Below, in pieces: positions 33,360 to 35,502 of a stretch of DNA of 35,502 nucleotides (positions within the stretch are counted from its first letter, which is position 1; each line of letters opens with the position of its first letter). The stretch lies in the IMG/VR virus record IMGVR_UViG_3300045988_120629; one strand, given 5' to 3'. The stretch is from a virus. A model generated the notes under the pieces. That model did not search any database. It had not been told where the DNA came from and saw only the letters and a program-made list of their open reading frames with translations. The position numbers were made by a program, and so were the translations under genes.

Positions 33360-33929
33360 ATGAATTTAGAATACATACTGAAATTATGCAAAAAGAACCG
33401 TCAAATAATGCTACTATCATACGGCGGGTATAAATTCCTATCCGAGGGCCACGTGGCGGTTATGGTGCAAGGAATTTGTCCGAAATGGACGGTTGATGAC
33501 TATTTCACTGCAATAGGCGGTGACAATGAGGTCAAAGATATTTTTACGTTGACAGATAACACAGAAAACCCACAACCGGTTATTGATGTTGACGAGTTAA
33601 AAGAGTTACAGCCGTTAAAATATTCGCTGACGTCCGGTAAACAAACATACAAAATGTTTGTTATGGCAGACGGAAAAATAATGATAATACAGGAAAAATA
33701 TTTAGATGTATTTCGTGATGAATTCGCACCGGAATATTATTATCGTGATAATCCGTTAGAACCCAATGTATATGTGGTTGTATCGGGTATATGCGTTGGG
33801 ATAATAATGGCTATGTATTTCGATATGCAACAGTTGGCAGATTTCGGTGGAACGTTGAGCGAGGGTTTCAAACGAAATTTGAAAGACGGATTTTTGGATA
33901 TGGGCGGTCAAATTGAAATAACCGACTAA
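33360..33929 (+). CDS. Hypothetical protein
   Basis: RBS GGAGGTGGG, 189 aa, no confident family. Confidence 0.55.
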   Translation: MNLEYILKLCKKNRQIMLLSYGGYKFLSEGHVAVMVQGICPKWTVDDYFTAIGGDNEVKDIFTLTDNTENPQPVIDVDELKELQPLKYSLTSGKQTYKMFVMADGKIMIIQEKYLDVFRDEFAPEYYYRDNPLEPNVYVVVSGICVGIIMAMYFDMQQLADFGGTLSEGFKRNLKDGFLDMGGQIEITD

Positions 33930-33964
33930 ATCCCAATCGATTGAGAAGAAAGAGAGGAAAAACA

Positions 33965-34078
33965 ATGATAAACACGGTCATAAAACAGATAGATGGGCAA
34001 CAGGCAGGAAAGGAAAATACTGCGCCATATTATGTTGGTGAACAGTTGAAAGACATCATCAGAAAAAGAAAAGGTTGA
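33965..34078 (+). CDS. Short ORF (37 aa), possibly the N-terminal part of a frameshifted gene with 34050..34403
   Basis: ATG at 33965 after AGAGAGGAAA. Ends at a TGA just after an AGAAAAAGAAAAGG tract. Confidence 0.3.
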   Translation: MINTVIKQIDGQQAGKENTAPYYVGEQLKDIIRKRKG

Positions 34079-34103
34079 TGCGGCGGAAAAAGAAAATGAG
34101 AAA

Positions 34104-34403
34104 TTGAAAAAGACCATTGAGAAACTGCAAAAAGAGTCGCGAGTCGGCAGTAATGAAAATATGGTTAAATTGCAGATGTGTTTTGAACAGGCACAGACCG
34201 CAATTATAGCGGTCAAAGACGATTGTGCGGCGGAATGTTATGGCGAATTAAGGATAGGTTTTAACTGCGAATATCTGATTGATATGATTTCAGTGTGTGA
34301 CAGTGAAACTATTACACTTGAGATGTCAAATGCAGTATCGGCAGTGTATGTACACGATACGGGCAATACAACATATTTAGTGTTACCTGTAAGATTGAAG
34401 TAA
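34104..34403 (+). CDS. Beta sliding-clamp (DnaN) C-terminal-domain-like fragment
   Basis: LRIGFNCEYLIDMISVCDSETITLEMSNAVSAVYVHDTGNTTYLVLPVRL matches the DnaN C-terminal signature (IGFN.kYL.D.l......v.l......p.........Y..MPmRL). The frame is open from 34050. The start is uncertain (TTG at 34104). Confidence 0.55.
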   Translation: MKKTIEKLQKESRVGSNENMVKLQMCFEQAQTAIIAVKDDCAAECYGELRIGFNCEYLIDMISVCDSETITLEMSNAVSAVYVHDTGNTTYLVLPVRLK

Positions 34404-34417
34404 GTGAGGAGTATTTT

Positions 34418-35290
34418 ATGGACATAGAACAAATGGCTTTTGAGAGGTTGCGTTTAGGAGCAGAAACCTCAAAACGTATGTATAATGCACCGTTGCTGTT
34501 ATGTTATAGCGGCGGCAAGGATAGTGACGTATTGTTGCAGTTGGCAATTAATAGTGGCATTGATTTTGAAGTTTTACATAATCATACCACAATAGATGCA
34601 CCCGAAACGGTGTATCATATCAGAAATACATTTAAAAAGTTAGAGTTGCAGGGTATCAAATGTACTATCGAAAAACCAACGTATAAGGGTGAGAGGGTGA
34701 CAATGTGGTCGTTGATACCGCAGGTAATGTTACCGCCAACACGATTAATGCGGTACTGTTGCTCTGTCCTAAAGGAAAAAGGGGGGGGAGAAACAGGGCT
34801 ATTGCGACAGGTGTTCGCAGAGCCGAAAGCCGTTCGCGCTCTAAGCGTGGAATATACGAAGATTTCAACAGCAATAAGAACAAAAGAATCGTTTTGAATA
34901 ATGACAATGACGACAAAAGGCGTTGGCTTGAAAGATGTCAAAAGCAGGCGAAAACAGTAATTAACCCCATTGTCGATTGGAATGATGAAAACATAAAGGA
35001 CTATATCCAAAGTGAAAAGATAGACCTAAACCCATTATACTGCGAGGGTTTCAAGAGAGTTGGTTGTGTGGGGTTGTCCTATGGCGGGAAAACATAGATA
35101 TGTTGAATTTCGCAGGTATCCAACATACGAAAAAGCATATATACACGCATTTGACCGAATGCTTGAAACAAGAAAAGCAAACGGCAAAGAGGGGACATGG
35201 CAAACAGGATATGATGTGTTTAGGTGGTGGTTGGATGAGGACTTCAACCAATACGAAATCGGAGAGGAATTTTATCAAAATGAGGAGTGA
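34418..35290 (+). pseudogene. PAPS-reductase-family (PP-loop ATPase) gene split into three ORFs by two compensating frameshifts
   Basis: SGGKDS PP-loop and RYCCSVLKE are in frame A. ATGVRRAESRSRSKRG ... DWNDENIKDYI ... GFKRVGC are in frame B (-1). WGCPMAGK... returns to frame A. The breaks are at the G8 run (34781..34788) and near 35068. Confidence 0.8.
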
Positions 35291-35394
35291 TAACAAATGT
35301 CAAAAAAGAAAATTAAAATCGGTGCTATAAGATATTATAAATGTACAGAAGTGTGACAACCATACTTGTTATTGGTTAACTACAAACGGATTAA

Positions 35395-35502
35395 AATGGT
35401 TAGGACGACAACTTAATATAGTTATAAAAGAAGATGGAAAGGAGAATTAAAATGATTTGTAACTGCAAAAAATGCGTATTCCATAAAGGAGAAACAGAGT
35501 GC
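35395..35502. repeat. Terminal overlap, copy 2 (identical to 1..108)
   Basis: Read directly, 108/108 identity with the window start. Confidence 0.95.

Noticed and set aside
33360-33929. Possible very weak clamp-like resemblance of the 189-aa protein (…QEKYLDVF…NVYVVVSGICVGIIMAMYF…) to the DnaN C-terminal pattern
   Set aside because: The similarity is limited to a few residues and could be chance. Unlike ORF 34104..34403, it lacks the IGFN…MP.RL signature. It is reported only as hypothetical.
35297-35356. 19-codon ORF (MSKKKIKIGAIRYYKCTEV) after the PAPS-reductase-like gene
   Set aside because: It is too short and has no supporting motif or convincing RBS. I left it unannotated.
1-35502. Search for tRNA/tmRNA genes, CRISPR arrays, reverse transcriptase/DGR template-variable repeats and IS elements
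   Set aside because: I found no cloverleaf-like GC-rich blocks of 70-90 nt in the non-coding gaps. There are no regularly spaced direct repeats, no RT or transposase-like ORFs, and no second copy of the fibre C-terminal sequence.

Overview
This window is a complete, circularly closed genome of about 35.4 kb from a temperate siphovirus-like phage or prophage. The host is probably a low-GC Firmicute, Clostridia-like, judging by strong AGGAGG-type ribosome-binding sites (RBS), a PBSX-like XkdX/XhlA/holin/amidase lysis cassette, RecU, and a copper-amine-oxidase-N-like secreted domain. The first 108 nt are repeated exactly at the end (1..108 = 35395..35502), so the unit length is 35,394 bp.

Almost all genes are on the + strand in classic order. 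From about 30.3 kb: Cro-like regulator, small early ORFs, an HUH rolling-circle Rep, RecU, a beta-clamp fragment and a broken PAPS-reductase-like gene. The map then wraps through coordinate 1: small early ORFs, an MmcB-like nuclease, a DUF1492/ArpU-like late activator, an orphan HsdM-like N6-adenine methyltransferase (MTase) with a fused specificity domain, HNH, TerS (P27 family), TerL, portal, HK97-type protease and capsid, neck proteins, major tail protein, G/T chaperone, a 1667-aa tape measure protein (TMP), the distal tail protein (Dit), the tail-associated protein (Tal), tail fibre and lysis genes. The minus strand carries the lysogeny module (large serine recombinase, CI-like repressor, a membrane zinc-ribbon protein) and two accessory cassettes.

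The best candidates for something new are:
1. An acr-aca-like two-gene operon at 26753..27340 (83-aa acidic protein plus 60-aa HTH). It has a consensus promoter whose spacer is a palindromic operator, and a perfect 28-bp palindrome between the genes.
2. A self-contained moron cassette inserted inside the tail operon at 20329..22141. It holds an Abi_2/HEPN abortive-infection gene with a structured, terminator-containing leader, and a divergent secreted protein.
3. A DUF2829/Tad2-like small early protein.
4. A small HUH Rep with structured non-coding elements.

Several frame disruptions (A5, G8, one more indel, and one in-frame TAA in the tape measure ORF) could be real decay or recoding, or could be assembly errors. 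All homology statements are motif recognition from memory. No searches were run.
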